In this document: positions 28,573 through 38,112 of the stretch, in pieces | Layout: every line of letters starts with the position of its first letter | Position numbering within the stretch: position 1 is the first letter of the stretch | NCBI GenBank assembly: GCA_027315005.1 | Contig: DAHUZT010000073.1 | Span: forward strand, 6,459 to 70,458 | Reading direction: 5' to 3' | Length of the DNA stretch: 64,000 bases | DNA from: Acidimicrobiaceae bacterium | Lineage (GTDB): Bacteria > Actinomycetota > Acidimicrobiia > Acidimicrobiales > RAAP-2 | The notes under the pieces: generated by a model | What the model saw: the letters and a program-made list of their open reading frames with translations, nothing else | Databases searched by the model: none | What the model was told of the DNA's origin: nothing | Program-made: the position numbers and the translations under genes

Positions 28573-28983
28573 GTGACCACCTCGACCGGTCGGACCGGTC
28601 GGCCCCCGCCGGGTACGGTGGCATCAGTGGATGAGGACCGCGATGACCTACCGGTGGACGGACGCCAATCCGATGATTGCGACCCTGTCGACCGTCCGGA
28701 CCCCGAGTACCGATCCGGCGTTCCGACGACTTCCGGATCCGGTCCGGATCCACTCCGGTTCAGCAACTGGACCAAGCGCACGGCCACTGGGTCGGTCCTC
28801 CTCGGCATCGCGAGAGGCCTCCGAGAAGCCCTCGAACCCGCTCGGAACGAGGTGGCGGTCGTGGTCGAGTCCACCGAGCCCGATGATCGCGATCAGCCCA
28901 TCAGCCTGCGGGTCGATCCGGACGACCCCACTGCGACGGTGGCTTTCGTCCGGCGACCCCCTTCGGAGCCAAAGGGATCCTGA
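28573..28983 (+). CDS. hypothetical acidic protein
   Basis: 136-aa GTG-start ORF, Asp/Pro-rich N-terminus, more ordered C-terminal half (LRFSNWTKRTATGSVLLGIARGLREALEPARNEVAVVVE). No family recognised, no clear RBS, and an overlapping alternative-frame ORF exists. Confidence 0.35.
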   Translation: MTTSTGRTGRPPPGTVASVDEDRDDLPVDGRQSDDCDPVDRPDPEYRSGVPTTSGSGPDPLRFSNWTKRTATGSVLLGIARGLREALEPARNEVAVVVESTEPDDRDQPISLRVDPDDPTATVAFVRRPPSEPKGS

Positions 28984-29019
28984 GCCTGTGGCCTCACACC
29001 GGCCATGCCGAGGTCGGAG

Positions 29020-29649
29020 TCATCTTGCAGCCATCACCGCACCGATCCGCCGTGCGGCTTTCGCAGCGGCACCATCCACCGAGAGCACGACACCCACGCT
29101 GAGAGGGAGGCCCGCCACCGCGTCGGTGGGAAAATGCCACCGGAGTGCGATGACGGCAACCACCATCCACAGCGCCCAGCCTCCTGCGATCAGCACCACC
29201 GGAACCCGCCAAGATCTCGGGACGGCCAGCACCGCCGCCGTGGCAACCGCAGCGACACCGACGACCGAGCCGGACGGGAACGAAGGCGTACCTCCGATCG
29301 TGCGCCCGACCAGTGGTTTCACCACCCACTCGCACAACACGAGCGCAATTGACGGTGCCACGAGCAGGGCCCCCGCCCGTATCCGGTCGCGGGACCACGT
29401 GCCGGCCGCGGCGACCACCGAGCCTGCGACGATCACAACTGGGAAACGTGATCTGGTCACCGTCGTGAACCAGTTGCTCTTGCTGCCGACGATCCACGAC
29501 TGGACCCAGACGTCGACCGCCGAGGGTGCGGGACGTAACGCGAAGTAGATGCCGCCTGCGATCACCGCGGCGATCAGGAGACTACCGACCTGCATTTCAT
29601 GGGTGGCTGCAACGTCTCGCTCCAACGAGACACTCCATGGACCTTGCAT
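29020..29649 (-). CDS. PAP2-superfamily (phosphatidic acid / undecaprenyl-PP phosphatase-like) membrane protein
   Basis: PAP2 motifs KPLVGRT ... PSGSVV ... ALRWHFPTDAVAG inside a multi-TM protein. ATG 29649 was chosen (GGAGCGAGGA lies immediately upstream); ATG 29595 is an alternative. Confidence 0.75.
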   Translation of the reverse strand: MQGPWSVSLERDVAATHEMQVGSLLIAAVIAGGIYFALRPAPSAVDVWVQSWIVGSKSNWFTTVTRSRFPVVIVAGSVVAAAGTWSRDRIRAGALLVAPSIALVLCEWVVKPLVGRTIGGTPSFPSGSVVGVAAVATAAVLAVPRSWRVPVVLIAGGWALWMVVAVIALRWHFPTDAVAGLPLSVGVVLSVDGAAAKAARRIGAVMAAR

Positions 29650-29846
29650 TCCTCGCTCCGCTTCTTCTGCGGACCGTGCCGGTTCTTCCGGCCGCCCACC
29701 GGCGACGTCAGTGGGGATCACGAGCCAACGGTACTCGCTGAATCCGTCGAGGCCGCCTTCGGTCCCGCTCGATCGTGACCTCGTCCCCGGCATCTGACGG
29801 TAACATCTGCCATTCGATCTCCCAGCTCGACTCCCAGGTGACAGTG

Positions 29847-30896
29847 ATGACGAATCGCCTGGCCCTGGCAGTGCTGGCCGCATCCCATCCCATGGGACAG
29901 CAGGTCTACGAGCGTGAGCTGCTCCTCCGCGCGCCGGATGCGCTCGGACCGGAGTGGCAGGTCGAACCGATCGTTGCTCGATCGCTGCGCGCATCGGTGC
30001 CCGGCACGGTCCGATTGCCTTCGGCTCTCCTCGGGGCGGCCTCTCCGGCGCTCCGTCGCTCGCTCGGACACGTGATGTACCGGGGCCGCGACCTCGTCCA
30101 CCGGCTCGACCTCCGGCTCCCTCCGGCCCCTAGCGGTGAGTTCCTGACGATCCACGACGTGGTGCCATGGCGCTTCGTCGACGAGCGCGTCGCGTGTTCC
30201 GACGCAGCAGAAAGTGCACGGCGGGCAGCGGTGGTCGTCTGCCCTTCGCAGTTCTCGGCGGCCGAGGTGACCAGCCAGTTCGGGGTGGAGGAACCCCTTG
30301 TCATCCCCTATGGCGTCGGCGAGACGTTCCTGTCGGCAGTTCCCCTCGACGGCCACGCACTCGATGAGCTCGGCATCCACGCTCCGTTCGTCCTTCATGC
30401 CGGCGGATGCACCGAGCGCAAGAATCTCTCCGGTCTGGCGGGGGCCTGGCCACTGGTGCGCAGTGTCCACCGGACCACCTCTCTGGTTCTCCTCGGACCC
30501 GCAGATCCCCGCCGTGACCGCTTGTTCCGGACACAGGAAGGGGCGGTGCTCACCGGTCGCATTCCCGATGAGCTCATTGCAGGTGTGATGGCCGCAGCCT
30601 CGTGTGTGGTAGTGCCGTCGCTGTACGAAGGTTTCGGCCTGCCCGCAGTGGAGGCGATGGCGGTCGGGGTGCCGCTCGTCGCCGCCAATCGGAGCTCGCT
30701 ACCCGAGGTCTGCGGTGACGCTGGACTCCTGGTCGAGCCCAGCGCACGGGGGCTCGCCGAGGGGATCATCGCGGTCCTCGACGGTGGAAGCCTGGCCGAG
30801 ACGCTCACGGAACGAGGACGGCAGCGGGCCCGCACGTTGACCTGGGACGCGTCGGTCCGGGCCCACGCCGAGCTCTGGAAATCGGCCGTTCCCTGA
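29847..30896 (+). CDS. GT4-family glycosyltransferase
   Basis: 349 aa from ATG 29847. E-x7-E region SLYEGFGLPAVEAMAVGVPLVAANRSSLPEV. Confidence 0.85.
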   Translation: MTNRLALAVLAASHPMGQQVYERELLLRAPDALGPEWQVEPIVARSLRASVPGTVRLPSALLGAASPALRRSLGHVMYRGRDLVHRLDLRLPPAPSGEFLTIHDVVPWRFVDERVACSDAAESARRAAVVVCPSQFSAAEVTSQFGVEEPLVIPYGVGETFLSAVPLDGHALDELGIHAPFVLHAGGCTERKNLSGLAGAWPLVRSVHRTTSLVLLGPADPRRDRLFRTQEGAVLTGRIPDELIAGVMAAASCVVVPSLYEGFGLPAVEAMAVGVPLVAANRSSLPEVCGDAGLLVEPSARGLAEGIIAVLDGGSLAETLTERGRQRARTLTWDASVRAHAELWKSAVP

Positions 30897-30957
30897 TGGG
30901 CCGATCGCGCGCCCCCGCGCCGGTCAGCTCTCGATGGACCCGTTGATGGAGTGACGG

Positions 30958-31776
30958 TCAGATGACGTCGGCGAAACCCCGCTCCATCTGCTCGAAGATG
31001 ATGACACTGGCGACGAAGAGCGTCACCGGGATGACGATGGAGAGGATGATCTGCCATTGTGGAGGCACCGGCTGGCGCAGAAATGCCCATCGGTACTCAC
31101 CGAGCATCCAGGTAAGCGGATTCACCTCGTAGAAGATCCTCCACTTTGGCGGGACCGAATTGAGGGAGTACGCGATCGGGCTCGCATAGAGCATGAACGG
31201 CAGTGCGAACTGGACGAAGTAGTTGACGTCTCGATATCGAACGGTGAGTGCTGACGCGACGAGTCCGAGGCTCGAACCGAACAGGATGATCATCAGAGTC
31301 CACACTGGGCTCAGCAGCACAGCCGGTCCCGGGTTGATCCCGTAGATGATCAGGAGGGCGACGAGGAACGCGGATGAGACGAGCAAGTCGATGATGGACG
31401 AGTACACCGACGCGAGGGGAACGAGCATCCGCGGAAAGAAGACCTTTGATACAAGGTCACGGTTGGAGACCAATGAGAGCTGGGAGCGGGTGATGATGCC
31501 GTTGAAGAGGTTCCAAGCCAGCAGGCCCACAAAACTGAAGATCACATATGGGACTCCACCACTGCTCAGGTGAGCCACCTTGCCGAAGACCAGCGTGAAG
31601 AGCAGCGCTGTCAGAAGAGGTTGGAGGATGACCCACACCACTCCAAGCAAAGTCTGGCGGTACCGAAGGGTGACATCCCGAGCTCCAAACCGGTACAGGA
31701 CCTCCCGCGCCTCCCAGAACTGTGAAAGCTTGGGGATGGCGAAGCGACCCGGCGGAGTGACGACGATCTTTGCCAT
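30958..31776 (-). CDS. ABC-2 type polysaccharide/glycopolymer export permease (Wzm/TagG-like)
   Basis: 272 aa, 6 TM. N-terminal FWEAREVLYRFGARDVTLRYRQTLLGVVWVILQPLL is the typical ABC-2 signature. Its start lies 6 nt after the ATPase gene stop. Confidence 0.9.
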   Translation of the reverse strand: MAKIVVTPPGRFAIPKLSQFWEAREVLYRFGARDVTLRYRQTLLGVVWVILQPLLTALLFTLVFGKVAHLSSGGVPYVIFSFVGLLAWNLFNGIITRSQLSLVSNRDLVSKVFFPRMLVPLASVYSSIIDLLVSSAFLVALLIIYGINPGPAVLLSPVWTLMIILFGSSLGLVASALTVRYRDVNYFVQFALPFMLYASPIAYSLNSVPPKWRIFYEVNPLTWMLGEYRWAFLRQPVPPQWQIILSIVIPVTLFVASVIIFEQMERGFADVI

Positions 31777-31782
31777 GAAACC

Positions 31783-32997
31783 TCACTGTTGCGCATAGTC
31801 GAAATCGGGGAAGACGATCCCCCGGTCAGTTCCGTCGGGAGTCGTCGCGTGGGAATATGGAGAGATCGGTAGGACCTGGAACCGGCAGGCTTGCTCCCAG
31901 ATATCGGCCTGGCGCCCACCGGTGTGAATGAAGAGATCGACCGTGTACGACCCGGGCTTGAACCAGGGTGTTCGGAGGACCAATCGACCACTGTTGTCGG
32001 TGGAAGGGTCGAGCCAGAACTCGTTGACCCGTGAATCGCACTGGGCGATGAGCATGCCATCCTCGTTATTGATGAAACTCGATACGTGATAGCGGTTTCC
32101 ATAGGACTGATTCGCGCCGATGGTGAACTCGATGACGACCTCCTCTGCAGGCTTGACGACGTCCTTCGCCATCGAGGCCTCGGTGAAGCGAAGTTCGCCA
32201 GTGCCGGGTCGGGCCGACATCACCTGCATGAGCGGGGCCGACCGGATGAAGCTGCGCTTGTACTCCTCCATCGCCTGCTCGACCGATCCGTGAAGGAGCA
32301 GCTTGCCCGCCTCGAGGTAGAGCGCTGAGCTACAGAGGTCGGAGACGGTCTGGAGCTGGTGGCTGACGACCAAGACGGTTCGTCCGTCGCGGGCGACCTC
32401 ACGCATCTTGCGAAGGCACTTGGCCTGGAAGTCCGAATCTCCGACAGCCAGCACCTCGTCGACGACGAGGATCTCGCTCTCGAGATGAGCCGCGACGGCG
32501 AAAGCCAGGCGTATGTACATGCCTGTCGAGTAGCGCTTCACCTGCGTGTCCAGGAATTTTTCCGTCCCGGCGAATTCGACGATGGCATCGAAACGAGACC
32601 GGATCTCCTTCCTGCGCATGCCGAGGAGCGTCCCGTTGAGATAGACGTTCTCGCGGCCGGTGAGCTCGGGATGGAAGCCGGTTCCCACTTCGAGGAGGCT
32701 GCCGACGCGTCCTCCGAGCTCGATGCGCCCCTTGGTCGGCGCAGTGATCCGGTTGATGATCTTGAGCAATGTGCTCTTGCCCGCACCATTGCGACCGATG
32801 ATGCCGACGACCTGTCCCCAGTCGACCGAGAACGAGACGTCGTGCAACGCTTCGAATTCCTCGCGGACCTTCTTCTTGCTGCGTTCACGCAGGTTCCTGA
32901 TCACTTGCTCTGCTGCCGTCGAGGGCTGTCCGTCCCTGCGGTAGATGCGATAGGTCTTCGAGAGGTCTGTGACCGCGATGGCAGTGTCCTGGGACAT
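31783..32997 (-). CDS. ABC exporter ATP-binding protein (Wzt/TagH-like) with a C-terminal extra domain
   Basis: Walker A GRNGAGKST, signature YSTGMYIRLAFA, Walker B ILVVDE, plus about 150 extra C-terminal residues. ATG 32997 was chosen (MSQDTAIAVTDLSKTYRIY); upstream ATGs at 33048 and 33090 are possible. Confidence 0.88.
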   Translation of the reverse strand: MSQDTAIAVTDLSKTYRIYRRDGQPSTAAEQVIRNLRERSKKKVREEFEALHDVSFSVDWGQVVGIIGRNGAGKSTLLKIINRITAPTKGRIELGGRVGSLLEVGTGFHPELTGRENVYLNGTLLGMRRKEIRSRFDAIVEFAGTEKFLDTQVKRYSTGMYIRLAFAVAAHLESEILVVDEVLAVGDSDFQAKCLRKMREVARDGRTVLVVSHQLQTVSDLCSSALYLEAGKLLLHGSVEQAMEEYKRSFIRSAPLMQVMSARPGTGELRFTEASMAKDVVKPAEEVVIEFTIGANQSYGNRYHVSSFINNEDGMLIAQCDSRVNEFWLDPSTDNSGRLVLRTPWFKPGSYTVDLFIHTGGRQADIWEQACRFQVLPISPYSHATTPDGTDRGIVFPDFDYAQQ

Positions 32998-33176
32998 CGT
33001 GCACACGTTAGACGGCGGACGAGCGGCCTCTGTGTCTTCGGATGTCATCCGAACCTGCTCGTCCTTCGAAAAGTCTTCCGGAGGAGCCATTTCGCGCCCG
33101 GCCGACCTCCGTGATCACCGGCACGGTGGCCGGCGTCGGATCGAGGCAGAAGCGTGGCGCGTGAGGTAGGTCATTG

Positions 33177-33191
33177 CCCCTTTCGGAGGGG
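33177..33191 (-). terminator. short stem-loop just downstream of lepA (weak terminator candidate)
   Basis: CCCCT-ttcgg-AGGGG lies 19 nt beyond the lepA stop. Only a 5-bp stem and no clear U-tract. Confidence 0.25.
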
Positions 33192-33209
33192 ACTGCCGAA
33201 GGGGATCGG

Positions 33210-35048
33210 TCAGTCGTCGAGTCGAAGGGCACTGACGAACGCCTCTTGGGGAACCTCCACTCTCCCGATGTTCTTCATCTTCTTCTTGCCTTCCTTCTGC
33301 TTCTCGAGGAGCTTTCGCTTGCGGGTGATGTCACCTCCATAGCACTTGGCCAGGACATCCTTTCGGCGAGCCTTGACCGTCTCGCGCGCCAGGATCCGCC
33401 CGCCGATGGCCGCTTGGATCGGGACGTCGAACATCTGCCGAGGTATCAGCTCTCTCAACTTCTCCGTCATGCGCCGACCGTACGAGTCGGCCTGCGATCG
33501 GTGGACGATCGTCGAGAAGGCATCGACCGGCAACCGATTGATCAAGAGGTCGACCTTGACCAGGTCGGCTGTCGCATATCCCGCCGGCTCGTAGTCCAAG
33601 CTGGCATACCCCTTCGTGCGGCTCTTCAGTTGATCGAAGAAGTTCACGACCACCTCCGCCAGAGGTATCGAGTAGACGAACTCCACGCGCTCAGGAGAGA
33701 GGTACTCCATCTTGACCATATCGGCTCTCCGGATCTGGCAGAGATCCATCACGGACCCGGTGAACTCCGCTGGAGCGAGGATGGTTGCTCGGAGCATCGG
33801 TTCGTCGACGTGATCGAGATGCGCCGGGTCGGGAAGCTCGCTCGGATTGTCGACGTCGATCTCGGTCCCATCATCGAGGTATGCCCGGTAGGCGACCGAC
33901 GGTGTGGAGGCGATCAGGGAGAGATCGAACTCCCTCTCGAGGCGCTCTCGCACGATATCCATGTGCAACAGTCCGAGGAATCCGCAGCGGAAGCCGAACC
34001 CAAGAGCCCGCGAGGATTCCGGCTCGTAGGTGAAGCTCGCATCGTTGAGACGTAGCCGCAAGAGCGCGTCTCGCAAGTCCGGCAGCTCGTCGCCGTCGAT
34101 GGGGAAGAGCCCACAAAAGACCATCGGCTTCGGATCGCGATAACCAGAGAGAGGATGGTCGGACGGATGTCCCACAGTGGTGACGGTTTCACCAGAACGC
34201 GCTCCGGCGACGTCCTTGATGCCGGCGATGAGATAACCGACCTCTCCGGGGCCCAGATCGTCGACCGGAGTCGGTTCCGGTCCCCTGATGCCGATCTCCT
34301 CGACGTCGTGGACGGCGGCCGCCTGCATGAACCGCAACTTCTCGGTGTTTCGAAGTGTGCCCTGTACGACCCGGATCGAGCTGACGACGCCACGGTATTT
34401 GTCATAAGCCGAGTCGAAGATCAGGGCCTGCAGCGGTGCGTCGGGATCTCCAGAAGGGGCGGGTATGCGATCGACCACGGCGTCCAGCAGCTCGGAGACA
34501 CCGTTTCCCGTCTTGGCCGAGATGTGGAGAATGGTCGAGGCCTCGATTCCGAGAACGCGCTCGATCTCGTCTGCGTACCGCTCCGGCTCTGCAGCTGGCA
34601 GGTCGATCTTGTTGAGAGCGGCGACGATCTCGAGATCGTTTTCGAGCGCTTGATAGCAATTGGCGAGCGTCTGGGCCTGGATGCCCTGAGACGCGTCCAC
34701 CAGGAGCACCGCGCCCTCGCAGGCGGCAAGGGACCGGCTCACCTCATAGCCGAAATCGACATGGCCCGGTGTGTCGATCAGATGGATGATGTGATCGCGC
34801 CAACGGACCCGAACGTTCTGGGCCTTGATCGTGATTCCTCGCTCGCGTTCGATATCCATGGAGTCCAGGAACTGCTCACGCATCTGGCGGGGATCGACCG
34901 CGCCGGTCAATTCCAGAATTCTGTCCGAGAGCGTGGACTTGCCGTGATCCACGTGGCTGATGATGGAGAAATTGCGGATTCTGGAGGCTGGCGGCACCGG
35001 ACTGTCAGCGTAGCGAGCCGATGGAGATGCCCGTCCGAGTGCAGGCAT
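33210..35048 (-). CDS. lepA: elongation factor 4
   Basis: [29 protein letters not shown], and the LepA C-terminal domain (...VEVPQEAF). The start was moved to ATG 35048 (612 aa). Confidence 0.95.
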   Translation of the reverse strand: MPALGRASPSARYADSPVPPASRIRNFSIISHVDHGKSTLSDRILELTGAVDPRQMREQFLDSMDIERERGITIKAQNVRVRWRDHIIHLIDTPGHVDFGYEVSRSLAACEGAVLLVDASQGIQAQTLANCYQALENDLEIVAALNKIDLPAAEPERYADEIERVLGIEASTILHISAKTGNGVSELLDAVVDRIPAPSGDPDAPLQALIFDSAYDKYRGVVSSIRVVQGTLRNTEKLRFMQAAAVHDVEEIGIRGPEPTPVDDLGPGEVGYLIAGIKDVAGARSGETVTTVGHPSDHPLSGYRDPKPMVFCGLFPIDGDELPDLRDALLRLRLNDASFTYEPESSRALGFGFRCGFLGLLHMDIVRERLEREFDLSLIASTPSVAYRAYLDDGTEIDVDNPSELPDPAHLDHVDEPMLRATILAPAEFTGSVMDLCQIRRADMVKMEYLSPERVEFVYSIPLAEVVVNFFDQLKSRTKGYASLDYEPAGYATADLVKVDLLINRLPVDAFSTIVHRSQADSYGRRMTEKLRELIPRQMFDVPIQAAIGGRILARETVKARRKDVLAKCYGGDITRKRKLLEKQKEGKKKMKNIGRVEVPQEAFVSALRLDD

Positions 35049-35304
35049 CACGAGTCCGGTGGTAGGCGTGCCGAGTGGCCGGCCTGGCGGTGGACGGCGG
35101 GCTGCTAGCCTTCGTCGTCTCGGGGCTAGCAGCATCCGGTCCCGGGAGGGTTGCCGCTGTCGATCTCCAGTCGGTGCGCCGGCTCCTCGACGGCCTCCTC
35201 CTCGTGATCGATCGTACAGTCGAAGATGTTGTGGGTGGGATCTCGGATCGTTCGGGCCCCCAGCTCAGGTGGCCCGAACGGGACAGACCAGACAAGGATT
35301 CGCA

Positions 35305-35568
35305 ATGGCAAATATCAAGAGCCAGATCAAGCGCAACCGCCAGACCCAGAAGCGACACGAGCGCAACAAGGCCGTCCGTTCCGAGATGCGCACCCGGACC
35401 AAGCGTGCGATCGTCGCCTTGAATGAGGGTGCGGAGGAAAGTCCCGAAGCTCTCCGGCTTGCGGTCAAGCGGATCGACAAGGCTGCCGCCAAGGGAGTGA
35501 TCCACAGGAATCAGGCCGCCAATCGCAAGGCCCGCCTGATGAAGCGCGCTGTGCAATCCACCGACTGA
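35305..35568 (+). CDS. rpsT: 30S ribosomal protein S20
   Basis: [30 protein letters not shown]..., 87 aa; only the 3' part of the 169-aa track ORF. Divergent from lepA. Confidence 0.95.
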   Translation: MANIKSQIKRNRQTQKRHERNKAVRSEMRTRTKRAIVALNEGAEESPEALRLAVKRIDKAAAKGVIHRNQAANRKARLMKRAVQSTD

Positions 35569-35636
35569 CCCAGCCCTGCGCAGTCAGGATCGCCCGACAT
35601 TTTCGCTCCGAACGTCATCGCTCGTCCGCTCGGCGA

Positions 35637-36986
35637 TCATGGATGGTAATAGCGGTACGGTTGATCACAACGGTAACCGTGTGCAGGACTCGTCAACGGG
35701 GGGTCATTGGTTCGGACAAACCTGCCGTGCTCCACGCGAGCGATGATGTAGCAATTGGTGGGGATCCGTTTTGCCGGATCGGCCGCACCTACGATGTTCC
35801 CACCGGAGAAGTAGGTGATCTTGCGGAGCTGCTGAAGGACCGACCCTCTTGTCGGATTCGGGCCGGCCGCTCTGAGGGCATGCACGAACAATTCTGCGGA
35901 CAACCAGCCAAAGAGCGTATAGAGGTCGGCCTTGAATCCCGGTGCCGACCGCCGAACCCAGGTTTGGAAGGTCCTGACCGAGGGCAGTCGGCTCGAGTCG
36001 CCCCCCAGGTACAAGGAGGTGTTCTGGTTCAGATACGCACCATCGATCGCAGCGGGACCCCCCGAGCTGGGCACTAGGGCCTGGCTGTAGGTCGATCCAC
36101 CCAGAACGACGACCGGATGGAAGTTCTGCTGGTTCAGCGCCTGGATGACCGCAGCCGCGTAGTTGTACGGCATCTGCTCGAGGAAGAGGATCTTCACCCC
36201 TTCGTTCCGCATGGCAATCACGTTCTGACCGAATTGCGTCTGGGTGATGTCGAATGTCGGGTCATACACCACGTCGTAACCCAGACTCTTCATCGCCTGC
36301 TTCTCGCCCGTCCATGCGAACTCGGCGGAAGGTTGATCGGCGATCAGAGCGGCAGCGTGTGTGACATCCGAGGGAAACCTGTTCTTGAAGTAGGCCAGCG
36401 GACCGAGTTGCCACCCATGGGCGATTGGTGCAGGGCTGAAGGAATTGGGAAGCGATGCCGTAGCAAGGTTCAAGGTGACCGTGACATTCGGCACCTGGGA
36501 GTTGGCGGCGAGGACCGTGCCGCCGTAGTTGTCTTGCAAGGAAAATCCACCCACCAATGCGAAGTCACCCTTGATTGCCTGCTGCGTCTCCTGCTTGTTG
36601 GGCTGCCCGGAATACCGGTCGTCATAGCTGTCGACGACCAACTTCCGCCCATAGACCCCGCCCCGGGCATTGACGTATGAGGCGTAGGCCTTGGTGCCGA
36701 CATCCGCCCCCTTGAACAGCCCGAACTCGAGCGTCGAGATGTTACCGATCCGCACGGTCGACTTGGTGATCCCCGTACGGTCGCCGAATGCCGTCTTGGG
36801 AATGGGGGCGGTCCGAGATCGACCGGCGAGCTGGGATGCGCCCGGGGAGCCTGCGGCCGAGGGCCTCACCGCGGTAGTGGTCGATGAGCACGCTGCCAGG
36901 ACGGATGCAAGCATCGCCACGCCGAGCACCCTGATCGGTGTCGATCTCCGGGTACGCACGGCACTTCCGATATCCGTGGATCCCAT
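35637..36986 (-). CDS. ABC-transporter substrate-binding lipoprotein (type I PBP, branched-chain amino acid/amide-binding-like)
   Basis: Lipobox VLAACSS after a basic N-terminus (ATG 36986), and a LivJ-like fold pattern. No permease or ATPase genes are adjacent. Confidence 0.8.
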   Translation of the reverse strand: MGSTDIGSAVRTRRSTPIRVLGVAMLASVLAACSSTTTAVRPSAAGSPGASQLAGRSRTAPIPKTAFGDRTGITKSTVRIGNISTLEFGLFKGADVGTKAYASYVNARGGVYGRKLVVDSYDDRYSGQPNKQETQQAIKGDFALVGGFSLQDNYGGTVLAANSQVPNVTVTLNLATASLPNSFSPAPIAHGWQLGPLAYFKNRFPSDVTHAAALIADQPSAEFAWTGEKQAMKSLGYDVVYDPTFDITQTQFGQNVIAMRNEGVKILFLEQMPYNYAAAVIQALNQQNFHPVVVLGGSTYSQALVPSSGGPAAIDGAYLNQNTSLYLGGDSSRLPSVRTFQTWVRRSAPGFKADLYTLFGWLSAELFVHALRAAGPNPTRGSVLQQLRKITYFSGGNIVGAADPAKRIPTNCYIIARVEHGRFVRTNDPPLTSPAHGYRCDQPYRYYHP

Positions 36987-37109
36987 GGCAACCACCTTGG
37001 TCGGCTCGATCAACCCGTCCCCGGAACGGACGGTCCCGTCTCGGGTCTGCACGCTACAGAACGCGGCACGTGGCAGGAGCCGAATGCCCGACCCGGGTAA
37101 CACCGCTGG

Positions 37110-37970
37110 TCACGGCCCGGGTTCACCAAACTGCTCGAGATAGCGGCAATGGTCGTCGAGCACTCTGAGCATGCTGTCTGCATCTCCGGAAGGAAGCCGC
37201 AGAACGACCTCGGTCACCCCTATGCGCTGGAGATGCTCCAGCTTCTCCATTGTCGGCACCGTGCCGAACGGCACGATCCGGATGGAAGCAGGATCGCGCC
37301 CCCGTTCGAGCACCGTCCGGTGGAGCCTCGGCACGCTCTGGGACAGCCCGGACCCACCGACCGGTAGCCAACCGTCTGCATACTCGGCGATCGCCGAGAA
37401 CACCGCCGGAGTCGCTCCTCCTCCGATCAGGGTGGGGACCCGAGGTTGCTGGATGGGCTTCGGCCAGCACCAGCACGGTGGAACCGAGACGTACTGACCC
37501 TCGAACGAGGGTTGTTGCTCTGACCACATCGCCTGCATGCACAATATGTGCTCCCTGGCGATGGCTCTCCGTGCACCGAAATCGACGCCATGATCGACCA
37601 TCTCGGCACGATTCCATCCGAAGCCCACACCGAGGTCCACCCGGCCCCGACTCAGGTGGTCCAACGTGGCAACCTGCTTGGCCAGAACGATCGGATCGTG
37701 TTGGGCGACGAGGGCGACCCCGGTTCCCAGCCGGATCCGCCGGGTCACCGATGCAGCGGTCGCCAATGCCACGAGGGGATCGAGACTCCTCCGGTAGTCT
37801 TCGAGTCGAACACCCTCGACGAGAGCCGGAGGCGCATCTCCCCGCACCGGCAGATGGGTGTGCTCGGGCAGGTAGAGCGACGCAAAGCCCCTGTCCTCCG
37901 CGTGACGGGCCAGATCGGCCGGGTTCAGGTCCCGATCGGTCAAGAACGCGGTGATGCCAAGTTGCATCAC
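37110..37970 (-). CDS. LLM-class (luciferase-like) F420-dependent oxidoreductase
   Basis: MMQLGITAFLTDRDLNPADLARHAEDRGFASLYLPEHTHLP... is a typical TIGR03619-like N-terminus. 286 aa. Confidence 0.82.
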   Translation of the reverse strand: MMQLGITAFLTDRDLNPADLARHAEDRGFASLYLPEHTHLPVRGDAPPALVEGVRLEDYRRSLDPLVALATAASVTRRIRLGTGVALVAQHDPIVLAKQVATLDHLSRGRVDLGVGFGWNRAEMVDHGVDFGARRAIAREHILCMQAMWSEQQPSFEGQYVSVPPCWCWPKPIQQPRVPTLIGGGATPAVFSAIAEYADGWLPVGGSGLSQSVPRLHRTVLERGRDPASIRIVPFGTVPTMEKLEHLQRIGVTEVVLRLPSGDADSMLRVLDDHCRYLEQFGEPGP

Positions 37971-38112
37971 CGATCAGTGCGAAACCGCAGCAACGAGACG
38001 TGCCCCCGTCGTGGTTTCCGGTCAGCGAGCACGCGGGGCGACACCGCGGGGCCGGGTCCGATCGCAGCCAGCCGTATCCCATTCTCGTCTTCGACCACAA
38101 CGATCGCCTGGT

